Positions 1 to 8,545 of a DNA stretch of 64,000 nt are shown here, in pieces. This stretch comes from Nitrospirota bacterium (GTDB lineage Bacteria; Nitrospirota; Nitrospiria; SBBL01; SBBA01). The stretch spans positions 46,943-110,942 of the forward strand of contig JBBTIN010000016.1 in the NCBI GenBank assembly GCA_038059935.1. Direction: 5' to 3'. A program made the translations under genes and the position numbers. The notes below the pieces were generated by a model, which saw only the letters and a list, made by a program, of their open reading frames with translations, ran no database searches and had not been told where the DNA came from. Position 1 is the first letter of the stretch. Every line of letters starts with the position of its first letter.

Positions 1-418
1 ATTTGAGCGTATTTGTGATCGTCTTGAAATGGCGCTGCCCGAAAAAATAAGAGAGGCGAGCAGACGACTTCAGACGATCGGGCGGCTTTTGGGTTCTTAC
101 AATCCGGTGGTTCAAATCGCGCACGCAAAGCAAAGGGCGCGTTTCCTGAATAATCGGCTTGATGCTGTCAGAAGTAAAATTGTGTCAATGCGTCAGGGTG
201 TATTGGAGGGGGTGATCAATCGTCTTGATCTTTTAAGTCCGCTTCGTATTTTAGGTCGGGGTTATAGCATTGTGCAGAAAGTAGGCTCTCTCGTCATGAT
301 TCGGGATAGTGCAGAGGTGGCCATTTCTGAAATGATTGTTGTGAAATTGCATCATGGAGCACTCACCTGCGAAGTGGCAGCTCGGCTGACTCCGAAAACG
401 ACTGCTCCGCAGTCTTAA
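1..418 (+). CDS. xseA: Exodeoxyribonuclease VII large subunit, C-terminal part (5' end outside window)
   Basis: The frame is open from the window edge. The C-terminal sequence is XseA-like (LSPLRILGRGYSIV). The last 7 codons plus stop lie inside repeat R1. Confidence 0.65.
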   Translation, partial: FERICDRLEMALPEKIREASRRLQTIGRLLGSYNPVVQIAHAKQRARFLNNRLDAVRSKIVSMRQGVLEGVINRLDLLSPLRILGRGYSIVQKVGSLVMIRDSAEVAISEMIVVKLHHGALTCEVAARLTPKTTAPQS

Positions 419-437
419 CCCCTTCCGTTGGTCGGGG
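398..437 (-). repeat. R1 palindromic element copy 1 (supplies the xseA stop)
   Basis: The reverse complement reads CCCCGACCAACGGAAGGGGTTAAGACTGCGGAGCAGTCGT, about 90 percent identical to 517-552. Confidence 0.85.
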
Positions 438-503
438 TGTAAACTAACAGATTGGTGGGGATGTCCGTGCCACCAACCTCCCTGTAACTTAAGGGAAAGA
501 TGT

Positions 504-574
504 CCCCTGTCAGACCGACCAACGGGAGGGCTTAAGACTGCGGAGCAGTCGTCCCCGCAGGCGGCCGTGCCGCC
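504..574 (+). repeat. R1 palindromic element copy 2 (supplies the gspE stop and last ~14 codons)
   Basis: Sequence is CCCCTGTCAGACCGACCAACGGGAGGGCTTAAGACTGCGGAGCAGTCGTCCCCGCAGGCGGCCGTGCCGCC. It contains hairpins GACTGC-GGA-GCAGTC and GGCGGC-CGT-GCCGCC. Confidence 0.85.
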
Positions 575-2286
575 AGTTCGTCGTGGGTGACGCGGAGGAT
601 TTCTTCTGTGGTTGTTTCTCCTGCAATGACTTTCGCAATACCTTCTTCCCGCAGGGTCAGCATGCCTCTGGATGCCGACTTCGCCTTGATCTGACTGGCA
701 TCGGCTTTGGCTAAAACGAGTGATCGGATTTCGTCGGTCATCAACAAGAGTTCGTAGATTCCGATGCGGCCGCGATAGCCGGTATTCATACAAGCGGGGC
801 ATCCCACTGTGCGATAAAATACGGCGACCTTTTGTTTCACGCCCAGTTTTTCCAACTCCTCTGATGTCGGGACGTAGGAAGTTTTACAGGCTTTGCAAAG
901 CAATCTCACCAATCGCTGTGCGACAATGCCCAGCACCGACGAAGAGATCAAGAACGGTTCAACGCCCATATCCAAAAGACGAGTGATGGCTCCAGCCGAA
1001 TCGTTTGTATGCAGCGTAGATAAAACCAAATGCCCTGTGAGGGAGGCATGGATGGCGATTTGTGCCGTATCTACATCTCGAATCTCTCCGACCATAATAA
1101 TATCAGGGTCCTGTCTTAAAATAGACCGGAGACCATTCCCGAATGTCAGATCAATTTTTGGATTTACCTGAATTTGTCCGACGCCCTTTAATTGATATTC
1201 GATTGGGTCTTCAATGGTGATTACATTTTTATCAGTCGAGTTTATCTTTTGAAGTGCGGCGTAGAGCGTGGTCGTTTTTCCGCTTCCCGTTGGTCCGGTC
1301 GCCAGAAAAATACCATGTGTTCGTTCGATAATGCTGGAAAGCGCGTCAAGCGATTCTTTTGAAAGGCCGATTTGAGTCAGTGTGATTAAAAGCGACGTTT
1401 TATCGAGCAAACGAAGCACCATTCGTTCTCCATGAACGATCGGAACGCTGGAGACACGAATATCAATTTCTCGTCCACCCATTCGGGTACTGATGCGGCC
1501 GTCTTGTGGCAACCGCTTTTCGGCAATATTCATATCAGCCACAATTTTGATACGCGAGATGAGTGAGGCTTGTAGCCGCTTGGGTACGGTTAGAATTGGA
1601 TAAAGAACCCCGTCAATCCGATACCGCACGGACACCTCTTTTTCGAAAGGCTCGATGTGAATATCCGATGCCCGTTGCTTGGATGCCTCAAAGAGAATCG
1701 AGTTGACCAACCGAATCATGGGGGCTTCGTCGTTGGTATCCAACAAATCTTCCATGTCGGTAAAACGCGGATCGGCAATTTCGGAGGTGCTGCCATCTGA
1801 AAGATCGGAGATTGCCTGTTCGGCGGTGTCGGTCATCTGCTCATAAATATTATGGATGCGGTTTAGGATCACCTTGGAAGGAGCTGCAATCACAGAAATG
1901 GGCGACTTTAGAAAAAGACGCAGATCGTCAATGGCCGTTTGATTGAGTGGATCAGAAGTAATCACCTGAACGGATTTTCCAACGCGCTGAAATGGAAGAA
2001 TCAGATGTTTCTTGGCAAAGGCAATTGGAACCGATTGCGTGAGTGCGGTATCTATTTCGCTGACGTTAATCGTCGGGGTATAGGGCAAGTTCCATTGCAT
2101 TGCAAGGGATTCAATCACGGCCTCTTCAGAGAGATATTTGAGGCGGACCATGATCTCCCCAATCCGTTCTTTTGCCCCAGAAGTAGGCGTCGTTGCCTTT
2201 CCATTTTGAAGGGCAAGCCCCTCATCAAGAAGGGCTTGCTGAAGTCCAAACTTCTCGATAAAAAATTGTCCTATTTTTTTTCGCAT
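532..2286 (-). CDS. gspE: Type II secretion / type IV pilus assembly ATPase GspE family
   Basis: Walker A GPTGSGKTT, a tetracysteine motif (CKACK...GCPACMNTGYRGR) and an N-terminal T2SSE_N-like region are present. Start moved to the ATG at 2286 (MRKKIGQFF) because the longer ORF reads through non-coding repeat sequence. Confidence 0.9.
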   Translation of the reverse strand: MRKKIGQFFIEKFGLQQALLDEGLALQNGKATTPTSGAKERIGEIMVRLKYLSEEAVIESLAMQWNLPYTPTINVSEIDTALTQSVPIAFAKKHLILPFQRVGKSVQVITSDPLNQTAIDDLRLFLKSPISVIAAPSKVILNRIHNIYEQMTDTAEQAISDLSDGSTSEIADPRFTDMEDLLDTNDEAPMIRLVNSILFEASKQRASDIHIEPFEKEVSVRYRIDGVLYPILTVPKRLQASLISRIKIVADMNIAEKRLPQDGRISTRMGGREIDIRVSSVPIVHGERMVLRLLDKTSLLITLTQIGLSKESLDALSSIIERTHGIFLATGPTGSGKTTTLYAALQKINSTDKNVITIEDPIEYQLKGVGQIQVNPKIDLTFGNGLRSILRQDPDIIMVGEIRDVDTAQIAIHASLTGHLVLSTLHTNDSAGAITRLLDMGVEPFLISSSVLGIVAQRLVRLLCKACKTSYVPTSEELEKLGVKQKVAVFYRTVGCPACMNTGYRGRIGIYELLLMTDEIRSLVLAKADASQIKAKSASRGMLTLREEGIAKVIAGETTTEEILRVTHDELAARPPAGTTAPQS

Positions 2287-2370
2287 ACGGAAGAGCCTTG
2301 TGGGTGCGACACATAGGTCGCCCCCTACATTCATTAAATTAAGGGGGACAGGTTTTCCTGTGTAAGACTT

Positions 2371-2451
2371 GGTTTTAGGCGCCCATCGAGGCGACTCATT
2401 ACGCCGTGGGGGGTGCTACCCCCCTCACTCCCGCCGGGGGGTGCTACCCTC
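2371..2451 (+). repeat. R1 element copy 3 (variant) with duplicated terminal hairpin
   Basis: Sequence starts GGTTTTAGGCGCCCATCGAGGCGACTCATTACGCC, then GGGGGG-TGCTA-CCCCCC (2408-2424), linker TCACTCCCGCC, and a second GGGGGGTGCTACCCTC (2436-2451). The gspD stop lies at 2425-2427, between the two hairpins. Confidence 0.8.
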
Positions 2452-3909
2452 TGGGACGTTGACCAGGCCATTGAGGAACGCTTTTGTTTTATCTTTTCCT
2501 TCAATGAGTTTGCTATCTTTCATAAAGTTTAACGACTCTTGAACCCGTTTATTGAGCATGTTCTGGAACATGGTATCTCCATCGTCTGGAACAATATGCG
2601 GGGTCACAAGAATAATGAGGTTTGTTTTATCAACTTTTTTTGTCTTTGTTTTGAATAAATATCCTAAAATAGGAATATCTCCAAGCAGTGGAATTTTCCG
2701 TTCTGTGACAGTCACTTTATCCCCCAACAGCCCGCCAATCACCGCGGTCTGACCATCACGCACGGTTACGGTCGTATTGGCAGAACGTTTTGCGGTTGTT
2801 GGCCCTAAGTCTTTGTCTGATCCCAAAACAGAAGAGATTTCTTGATAAAGATCCATCTTCACCTGATTGCTGTCCATAATGGTCGGGGTCAATCGAAAAA
2901 TAATTCCAACATCTTTTCGTTCAATGGTTGTCGTCTGGCTTCCTCCTGCCACGTTGGTGGTTGCCCCCGGAAACGGAACATTTTGAGCAACGGAAATCTC
3001 CGCCTTTTGCCGATCACTGGTTAGAATTTGAGGTGTAGAGAGAATATTCACGCCGCTGTTTTCATCCAATAGGTTTAGGATGGAGCGCACGTTCACTGGC
3101 GCAATCTTAAAACCAAGCGTTGAAGTCGCGGTCGCGGCCCCCAGGCTGGTTGCCAACGCGAAAAGCCCATTTGCAGCACTATTGAAGCTTCCTAATATAG
3201 AAAGATCCTGACCCGGATTTCCTCCACCGAGAACGCCAAAATCGTGTCCAACCTCTCTGTTTTTGTCTTCTTTCATTTCCATAACGATTGCTTCGACATA
3301 AACCTGCCGCCGCTTGATATCCAAACTTTTTAACAGCTTCTCGATAATTAGATAATCCTCATCAGATGCCGTCATGATCAACCGATTGGTTGTCTTATCG
3401 GTAATAATTTGAACGGTTCCAGTAATTTCATCAGAGGGCTTGGACTTGGGACGCATCGGGGTTGCAGATCGAGAAACCAAAGCGGTCAGTGTTTGCGCGA
3501 CCTCTTCTGCCAATGTGTTTTGAAGCGTGTAGATATGGGTGGATCGGCTGGGTGGAGAAGCGGCATACGGAAGAATTTGATAAACCGCGCCTGTTTGAAT
3601 TACGGTAAAGCCCTTCATCTCCAAAACGGAAATAAAAACCTCATAGGCTTTACTGGTCGGGATTTTTACCGGAGAGAAAATCGTGACCTTACCGCGCACC
3701 TGTTCATCAATCACAAAATTCTTGCCGGTCAATTCACTGATAAATTTGACCAAGACCGGTAAGTCCACATTGTCAAAATCAAGAGAGACCATTTTATCCG
3801 ATGGGTTTGTTGGACGTGGCGTCTCGGGAGTCTCCGGCGCCTGTCCATAGACCGTCATGGAAGAAAATAGGAAAAAATAGGTCACAAAATAAATAAAATA
3901 TTTTCTCAT
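2425..3909 (-). CDS. gspD: Type II secretion secretin GspD family (short form)
   Basis: N0-like domain NVDLPVLVKFISELTGKNFVI and secretin motifs LSTPQILTSDRQKAEISV and IPLLGDIPILGYLFK. Start chosen at ATG 3909 (MRKYFIYF, signal peptide), preceded by AGGAGGAG. Confidence 0.85.
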   Translation of the reverse strand: MRKYFIYFVTYFFLFSSMTVYGQAPETPETPRPTNPSDKMVSLDFDNVDLPVLVKFISELTGKNFVIDEQVRGKVTIFSPVKIPTSKAYEVFISVLEMKGFTVIQTGAVYQILPYAASPPSRSTHIYTLQNTLAEEVAQTLTALVSRSATPMRPKSKPSDEITGTVQIITDKTTNRLIMTASDEDYLIIEKLLKSLDIKRRQVYVEAIVMEMKEDKNREVGHDFGVLGGGNPGQDLSILGSFNSAANGLFALATSLGAATATSTLGFKIAPVNVRSILNLLDENSGVNILSTPQILTSDRQKAEISVAQNVPFPGATTNVAGGSQTTTIERKDVGIIFRLTPTIMDSNQVKMDLYQEISSVLGSDKDLGPTTAKRSANTTVTVRDGQTAVIGGLLGDKVTVTERKIPLLGDIPILGYLFKTKTKKVDKTNLIILVTPHIVPDDGDTMFQNMLNKRVQESLNFMKDSKLIEGKDKTKAFLNGLVNVPEGSTPRRE

Positions 3910-3928
3910 CAATGCACTCCTCCTGTAT

Positions 3929-4915
3929 TTATTGTATGTCATAGTTAAATGTCTCTTCTTTATTATTTCGGATTAATTCAACCCGAATATGCCGTTCCCC
4001 TTTCAGACGCTCAAAGACCTCCAAAAAATTCTGGGGATTCCCCACATCAATATTATTAACCCGCTTTAATATATCGCCGTTTTGAAGACCGATTCTCTCG
4101 TAAAGCGAATCCTGTCGAATAGAATAAATGCGAAATCCATCCGGTTTGCCATCGGTAAAATTAGGAACGACCCGTGCCTTCGTCAATAGTTCCGGCAAGT
4201 TTTGCACTGCGTCATCCACCTCCCGCCGATCCATCATCCACCGTCCATTTGATATTTGCCGAATACCCTCGTTATGCGACCGATCCCGATCCCGCGACGA
4301 AGGAGGCGGAATCATTCCGCGTTCGGGTGCGGTTGTCCCTTCCTTGAGTCCTGAAAGTGCCGTCACCAAAATATCGTCTTCCTCTCCCTCTCCGCGTGAG
4401 ATCACCACGCGCGACCGTTGAATTGATTTTAACTTTGCGTCTGGCAGCAAAAAATCTCCGATCCGATAGATATACTGCCTGCGTGTTCGGCCGTCTTCGA
4501 TCACGGCATAGGACTGGGCAGGGCCTTCCGCACTAATAACCGTTCCAATCAGGGTTAAATTCAAAGGAGCCTTTGGTGGCGCAATGATGACCGGAGGCGG
4601 GGGCGGAAGTGGCAACGGAACAATTGGCATCGGCGGCGGCAGGGCAGTGGGAATAAACTTAACGGGAACCGCCTCTGGCGTCGCCGGAGCAAAGATATCC
4701 CCGCTCACAATCGAGCGATAGTTGTGTTTCTCATTGTTGGAGGAAATAAAGCGGGTTTTGTTTTGATCCAAGGGAAATGAGTTTTCCGAAGGCGTTTTGA
4801 GCAGACGTGACGCGACAAAAAAATTGGCAGTATCAGCCAAAAGATAGGCGCCCATCGCAATCAGACCACAATGAATCACCCATGAATAAGACCGAAGTAT
4901 TGCATGGAGTGGCAT
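3929..4915 (-). CDS. gspC: GspC-like type II secretion protein with C-terminal PDZ domain
   Basis: N-terminal TM helix, proline-rich linker, PDZ-like GLQNGDILKRVNNIDV. The gene lies directly upstream of gspD. Confidence 0.6.
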   Translation of the reverse strand: MPLHAILRSYSWVIHCGLIAMGAYLLADTANFFVASRLLKTPSENSFPLDQNKTRFISSNNEKHNYRSIVSGDIFAPATPEAVPVKFIPTALPPPMPIVPLPLPPPPPVIIAPPKAPLNLTLIGTVISAEGPAQSYAVIEDGRTRRQYIYRIGDFLLPDAKLKSIQRSRVVISRGEGEEDDILVTALSGLKEGTTAPERGMIPPPSSRDRDRSHNEGIRQISNGRWMMDRREVDDAVQNLPELLTKARVVPNFTDGKPDGFRIYSIRQDSLYERIGLQNGDILKRVNNIDVGNPQNFLEVFERLKGERHIRVELIRNNKEETFNYDIQ

Positions 4916-4970
4916 GAGTATATTGACCCTTTTGTGAAACTGTCTAGTAAAAAACCTTGTTGAAGGTTGT

Positions 4971-5000
4971 ATTATATTGAGTTTCTAAAAAAGAAGTCAA
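4971..5000 (-). promoter_or_regulatory. Candidate sigma-70 promoter for gspCDE
   Basis: The minus strand reads TTGACT, 18 nt, TATAAT, about 55 nt upstream of the gspC ATG. Confidence 0.35.
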
Positions 5001-5068
5001 CGTGACGGTTTTTAGAGAGGCACCCCACACATAATGACAGCATTCTTTTGCTCTCATTATAAAACGAA

Positions 5069-5368
5069 TTACTTTGGGCTCCCGTTTTCTGGAATTAAAT
5101 GAACAATACTATCCGTGAATCCGTGGTTGCGAATTTCAAATGGGTTTTCCAGATAAGTAATCGTTACCATTTTGATGGCATGATGTTTTGCCAAATTATC
5201 GCAAACGCCGACACAGATTTCACAACCCTTACACCGATCTACAGCGATATAAGCCGAGTTTCGCTTGTTATCAAATAAAATGGTATTCGACTCTGGACAA
5301 AACTGTGTGCAAAGACGACAACTGGTTGAACCACAAATATCAATATCTACATCTGCAACTTCGTACAT
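5069..5368 (-). CDS. 2-oxoacid:ferredoxin oxidoreductase delta subunit (2x[4Fe-4S] ferredoxin)
   Basis: Two Cys clusters, CRLCTQFCPE and CKGCEICVGVCD. Start at ATG 5368 (MYEVADV), preceded by GGAGG. The longer ORF reads through an R3 hairpin. Confidence 0.8.
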   Translation of the reverse strand: MYEVADVDIDICGSTSCRLCTQFCPESNTILFDNKRNSAYIAVDRCKGCEICVGVCDNLAKHHAIKMVTITYLENPFEIRNHGFTDSIVHLIPENGSPK

Positions 5369-5413
5369 GCTTTCCTCCAGAGACTGGGGATTATAAACGG
5401 ATCCCCGACAAAC

Positions 5414-5430
5414 CTCCCCTTTCAGGGGAG
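5414..5430. repeat. R3-type hairpin (CTCCCC-TTTCA-GGGGAG)
   Basis: A perfect 6-bp stem lies in the gap between the gamma and delta subunit genes. Confidence 0.6.
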
Positions 5431-5455
5431 AAAACATTAAATGACCTACTTTAAT

Positions 5456-6181
5456 CTAGCCGACTAATGCAGGTTCTTCCTGACGCGACTCGTTCCAGCC
5501 ATGTTCTATGGCATAATCGTATGCGGCCTTTACAACAGCATAGTTCTTGGCAACCAATTCCGCTTTCTTTGCAAATTTTCTTTCAATCACGTTATCCAAA
5601 GAGGCCGTTCCCCCAGAGACCACAAACCCCTTCCCCAAGAAACGCTCCTTCACCGATTGCTCCATGGATTTCAAATCGGGTATACCAAGAATTCCAACAA
5701 TGGCACCACACATTGCCATATTGGTGGCCAAATCCGTTCCTGCAACGTCCACGGCAAGCTTGGTGGCTGGAACGTAACAGACCTTCGCACCCAGTGATTT
5801 TAATTCGTCTTTCTGATCTTGAATCATGGGGACCGGCGTTTCACTGTTAATAATCACCACACCATTTTTCTTCAATCCCCAGTAAAACGGCATGGTATAA
5901 GATTTACCATGGGTAATGACTTGCGGATGGAATATTACAAGGATATTCGGATAGATGATCTCACCAATCTCATAAATACTGTCTTCGGCAATACGGACAT
6001 AGCTTTCAACCGGCGCCATTCGCTTTTCAGAGCCAAAGAAGGGAACCAGCGTACTTTCGCCCCCGCTGATAATCACACCATTGCTCAAGATATGGGACGC
6101 GGTCACAACCCCCTGTCCACCAATTCCAGCCATTCGAACGTTATACCGCTTTATCTTAACTGCACCATCTGTAACCGCCAT
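5456..6181 (-). CDS. 2-oxoacid:ferredoxin oxidoreductase gamma subunit
   Basis: MAGIGGQGVVTASHIL motif. Start at ATG 6181, preceded by AAGGAGG. Confidence 0.85.
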   Translation of the reverse strand: MAVTDGAVKIKRYNVRMAGIGGQGVVTASHILSNGVIISGGESTLVPFFGSEKRMAPVESYVRIAEDSIYEIGEIIYPNILVIFHPQVITHGKSYTMPFYWGLKKNGVVIINSETPVPMIQDQKDELKSLGAKVCYVPATKLAVDVAGTDLATNMAMCGAIVGILGIPDLKSMEQSVKERFLGKGFVVSGGTASLDNVIERKFAKKAELVAKNYAVVKAAYDYAIEHGWNESRQEEPALVG

Positions 6182-6264
6182 CGAAACCTCCTTGTAAAGG
6201 GTACGTTTCAAACATACCCCGACGACATCGCTAAAGGGCACGTTTGTGAAACGCGCCCCTACAA

Positions 6265-7149
6265 TTACTCTTCTGTTGCTGCAGGCCCTTTGACTTGTCT
6301 GCGTTCCTTCTCAAGATGCGTCCAATATTCCTTTGCTTCATCAGAGAAATATTCCTGAAACCCGTAACGGGCATTCTCAACCTCTTTTGCATCGTCCATC
6401 ACTTTGGGTGTCGGGATCGCGTACTCAATATTACAAGAGGTATAGGCCTGTACATAAGTAGGCCCAATCTCACGCGCAATCAAAACCGCCTTCTGAATGG
6501 TGGCAGCAACCCGGGTTGGATTCGTTGGTACAACCCGCGCGATATAGGCCACCCCGGCTGTCTTTGCAAGACCGATCATATCCATCTTCTCAAATTTTTT
6601 CCCGTTGGGGGCCATCTTCAATACCATGCCCTTTTGCGTCATACCGCTTTCTTGACCTCCGGTATTTCCATAGACCTCGTTATCCAACATGACGGTTGTG
6701 AATTTCTCTTTCCGAAACCAACTATGCATCACCATTGAAAATCCAATATCAGCCAAGCCGCCGTCTCCAGCCGCCACAATCACGTCCTTTTGTTTATCTT
6801 GAAAGCGAATTCCAAGACCCCGCTTCAGCCCAGAAGCCACGGCATTGGTATCCCCATAATTTCCATAGATAAATGGAGCAGCCCCTTGCGAAAGCACCAA
6901 CCGGCCACATCCCGCCGTACCCACAAAGATTGTATTTTCCGGAGCAGGAAGGGCAACATACATGGTTCGGATAAAAAGAGTCATGGCACAACCCGCACAC
7001 ATGGGGTGCTCTTCAACCAGCTCTTTAAATGAGCCCATTTCAGAGACCTTCCTGGGCGAGGTAAACTGACTGTCTTTTACTAAGTCGTAATACTCTTGCG
7101 GCAGGTAATTTTCAAACCCTGGCGATACACGAATTGTTTCTACTGACAT
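6265..7149 (-). CDS. 2-oxoacid:ferredoxin oxidoreductase beta subunit (TPP-binding)
   Basis: TPP and Fe-S motifs: CAGCAM, GCGRL, AAGDGGLADIGF, GNTGGQES. Confidence 0.9.
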   Translation of the reverse strand: MSVETIRVSPGFENYLPQEYYDLVKDSQFTSPRKVSEMGSFKELVEEHPMCAGCAMTLFIRTMYVALPAPENTIFVGTAGCGRLVLSQGAAPFIYGNYGDTNAVASGLKRGLGIRFQDKQKDVIVAAGDGGLADIGFSMVMHSWFRKEKFTTVMLDNEVYGNTGGQESGMTQKGMVLKMAPNGKKFEKMDMIGLAKTAGVAYIARVVPTNPTRVAATIQKAVLIAREIGPTYVQAYTSCNIEYAIPTPKVMDDAKEVENARYGFQEYFSDEAKEYWTHLEKERRQVKGPAATEE

Positions 7150-7167
7150 GTGACACCTCCTATGGTT

Positions 7168-8409
7168 TTAATAACTTTGTTTTCCAAAAACATACTCCAA
7201 AATTAACTCGGTTGGCATGGACATCCCACCAAAAACGCGGGGGCCAGAAATAACCCGCTCCGTCCTTGGAATGACATTCTTGACTTCTTTGGCAAGCCAT
7301 CCCGGGTAGTTAAACTCTGGAATAATAATCCGATCGGCATGATCCAATGCCTCAATCAGCTCTTGATTTGGGAAAGGCCGTAAGGACTTCACCTTAACAA
7401 GACCGACATCCCCACCTTGCTCTGTTGCCTGACGAACTGCCTCGCGAGACTGTGAAACGGCGGAACCAGAAGCAACAATCATGGTTTTAGCAGTCGGGTT
7501 AACGACCTCGATCAGTCCACCCAACCATCTTTTTAGCCATTTTCTGGATCGTTCTGCGGCCGCCCACGTTTCCTGCTGCCAAGAGGCATGCATCTGATAA
7601 GAGATAAAATTGGACTTTTGAATCGGGGCATCGCGTGCAATACGAATTGGCGGGTTTTCGCTATCCATCATCGGAACCGCCTCATGATAGCACTCCCGAG
7701 GAGGAAGCTTAATATCAGCCGCCGGCATTCTGACCCATCCGCGCGCGTGCGTCACAAAAAAACCATCTACAGCAACCGCAACGGGAAGCGTGACTTCTGG
7801 TTTCTCCCCCACCATATATCCAATGATTGGATAGTCGTAAAAATCCTGCTGATTTTCCGCGTGAAGCACGATACAGCCGGTGTTCAACATGTAGGAAATC
7901 TCAATATTATCCGGCTGAATAGCCAATGGCGCATTAATCACGCGGCACATAATGAGTAACATTGTAGGAAGCCGTCCGCCGGGCCATGAGGAGATCACCT
8001 CAATCCCACGCATCAGACCCGGTCCCGCCGTAGCGGTTAAAGAACGCACACCCGATCGGGAAGCACCGGCAATGGCAGAAAAGACGCCATATTCTTCTTC
8101 GCCACGATAATAATCTTTGAGATACCCCTCTGCATAAAGATACCCCACCTGCTGCATCGTTTCGCTTTGCGGAGTAATAGGAAAGGAGATCGCGATATCA
8201 ACGTTACATCGGCGAATGGCTTCTTTTGCCGCTTCGCTGCCAGTAATAAAGGACTTCTCTCTTGGCGCCTGCAAAATAAGATAGTCGGGATCAACCACCC
8301 GCTGCGCCGCAGCACCTTTTTTGGCTTCTGCCTTTGGAGGCTCGGCAACTGCTGAAATAACATCCCCCTGCGGATTCGTCTTAACTGCTTCTTCTAATCC
8401 TTCAGACAT
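7168..8409 (-). CDS. 2-oxoacid:ferredoxin oxidoreductase alpha subunit
   Basis: ISFPITPQSE motif, 413 aa, located directly upstream of the beta subunit. Confidence 0.85.
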   Translation of the reverse strand: MSEGLEEAVKTNPQGDVISAVAEPPKAEAKKGAAAQRVVDPDYLILQAPREKSFITGSEAAKEAIRRCNVDIAISFPITPQSETMQQVGYLYAEGYLKDYYRGEEEYGVFSAIAGASRSGVRSLTATAGPGLMRGIEVISSWPGGRLPTMLLIMCRVINAPLAIQPDNIEISYMLNTGCIVLHAENQQDFYDYPIIGYMVGEKPEVTLPVAVAVDGFFVTHARGWVRMPAADIKLPPRECYHEAVPMMDSENPPIRIARDAPIQKSNFISYQMHASWQQETWAAAERSRKWLKRWLGGLIEVVNPTAKTMIVASGSAVSQSREAVRQATEQGGDVGLVKVKSLRPFPNQELIEALDHADRIIIPEFNYPGWLAKEVKNVIPRTERVISGPRVFGGMSMPTELILEYVFGKQSY

Positions 8410-8493
8410 CTTTAATTTCCTTTCTGACTCTCCCCATTATCTACTAATGGAGCCAGCCCCGTGTATCTCTAAAACAAACCGTAGGGCGTTCTC

Positions 8494-8544
8494 TTTCAGG
8501 CGGCCAACGAGCCGACTCAACCCCGCTGGAGGCAGCGCCTCCCC
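8494..8544 (+). repeat. R1 element copy 4 (variant)
   Basis: Sequence TTTCAGGCGGCCAACGAGCCGACTCAACCCCGCTGGAGGCAGCGCCTCC. The terminal hairpin GGAGGC-AGC-GCCTCC ends 2 nt from the stop at 8546. Confidence 0.8.
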
Positions 8545-8545
8545 A

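Noticed and set aside
5819-6358. Long antisense or shadow ORFs. This one is 179 aa; others are 251-802, 33826-34356, 50816-51355, 56689-57150 and 53850-54272.
   Set aside because: Each lies entirely opposite to, or out of frame within, a gene with strong family motifs. They have Arg/Ser/Pro-rich composition typical of shadow frames and lack RBS support.
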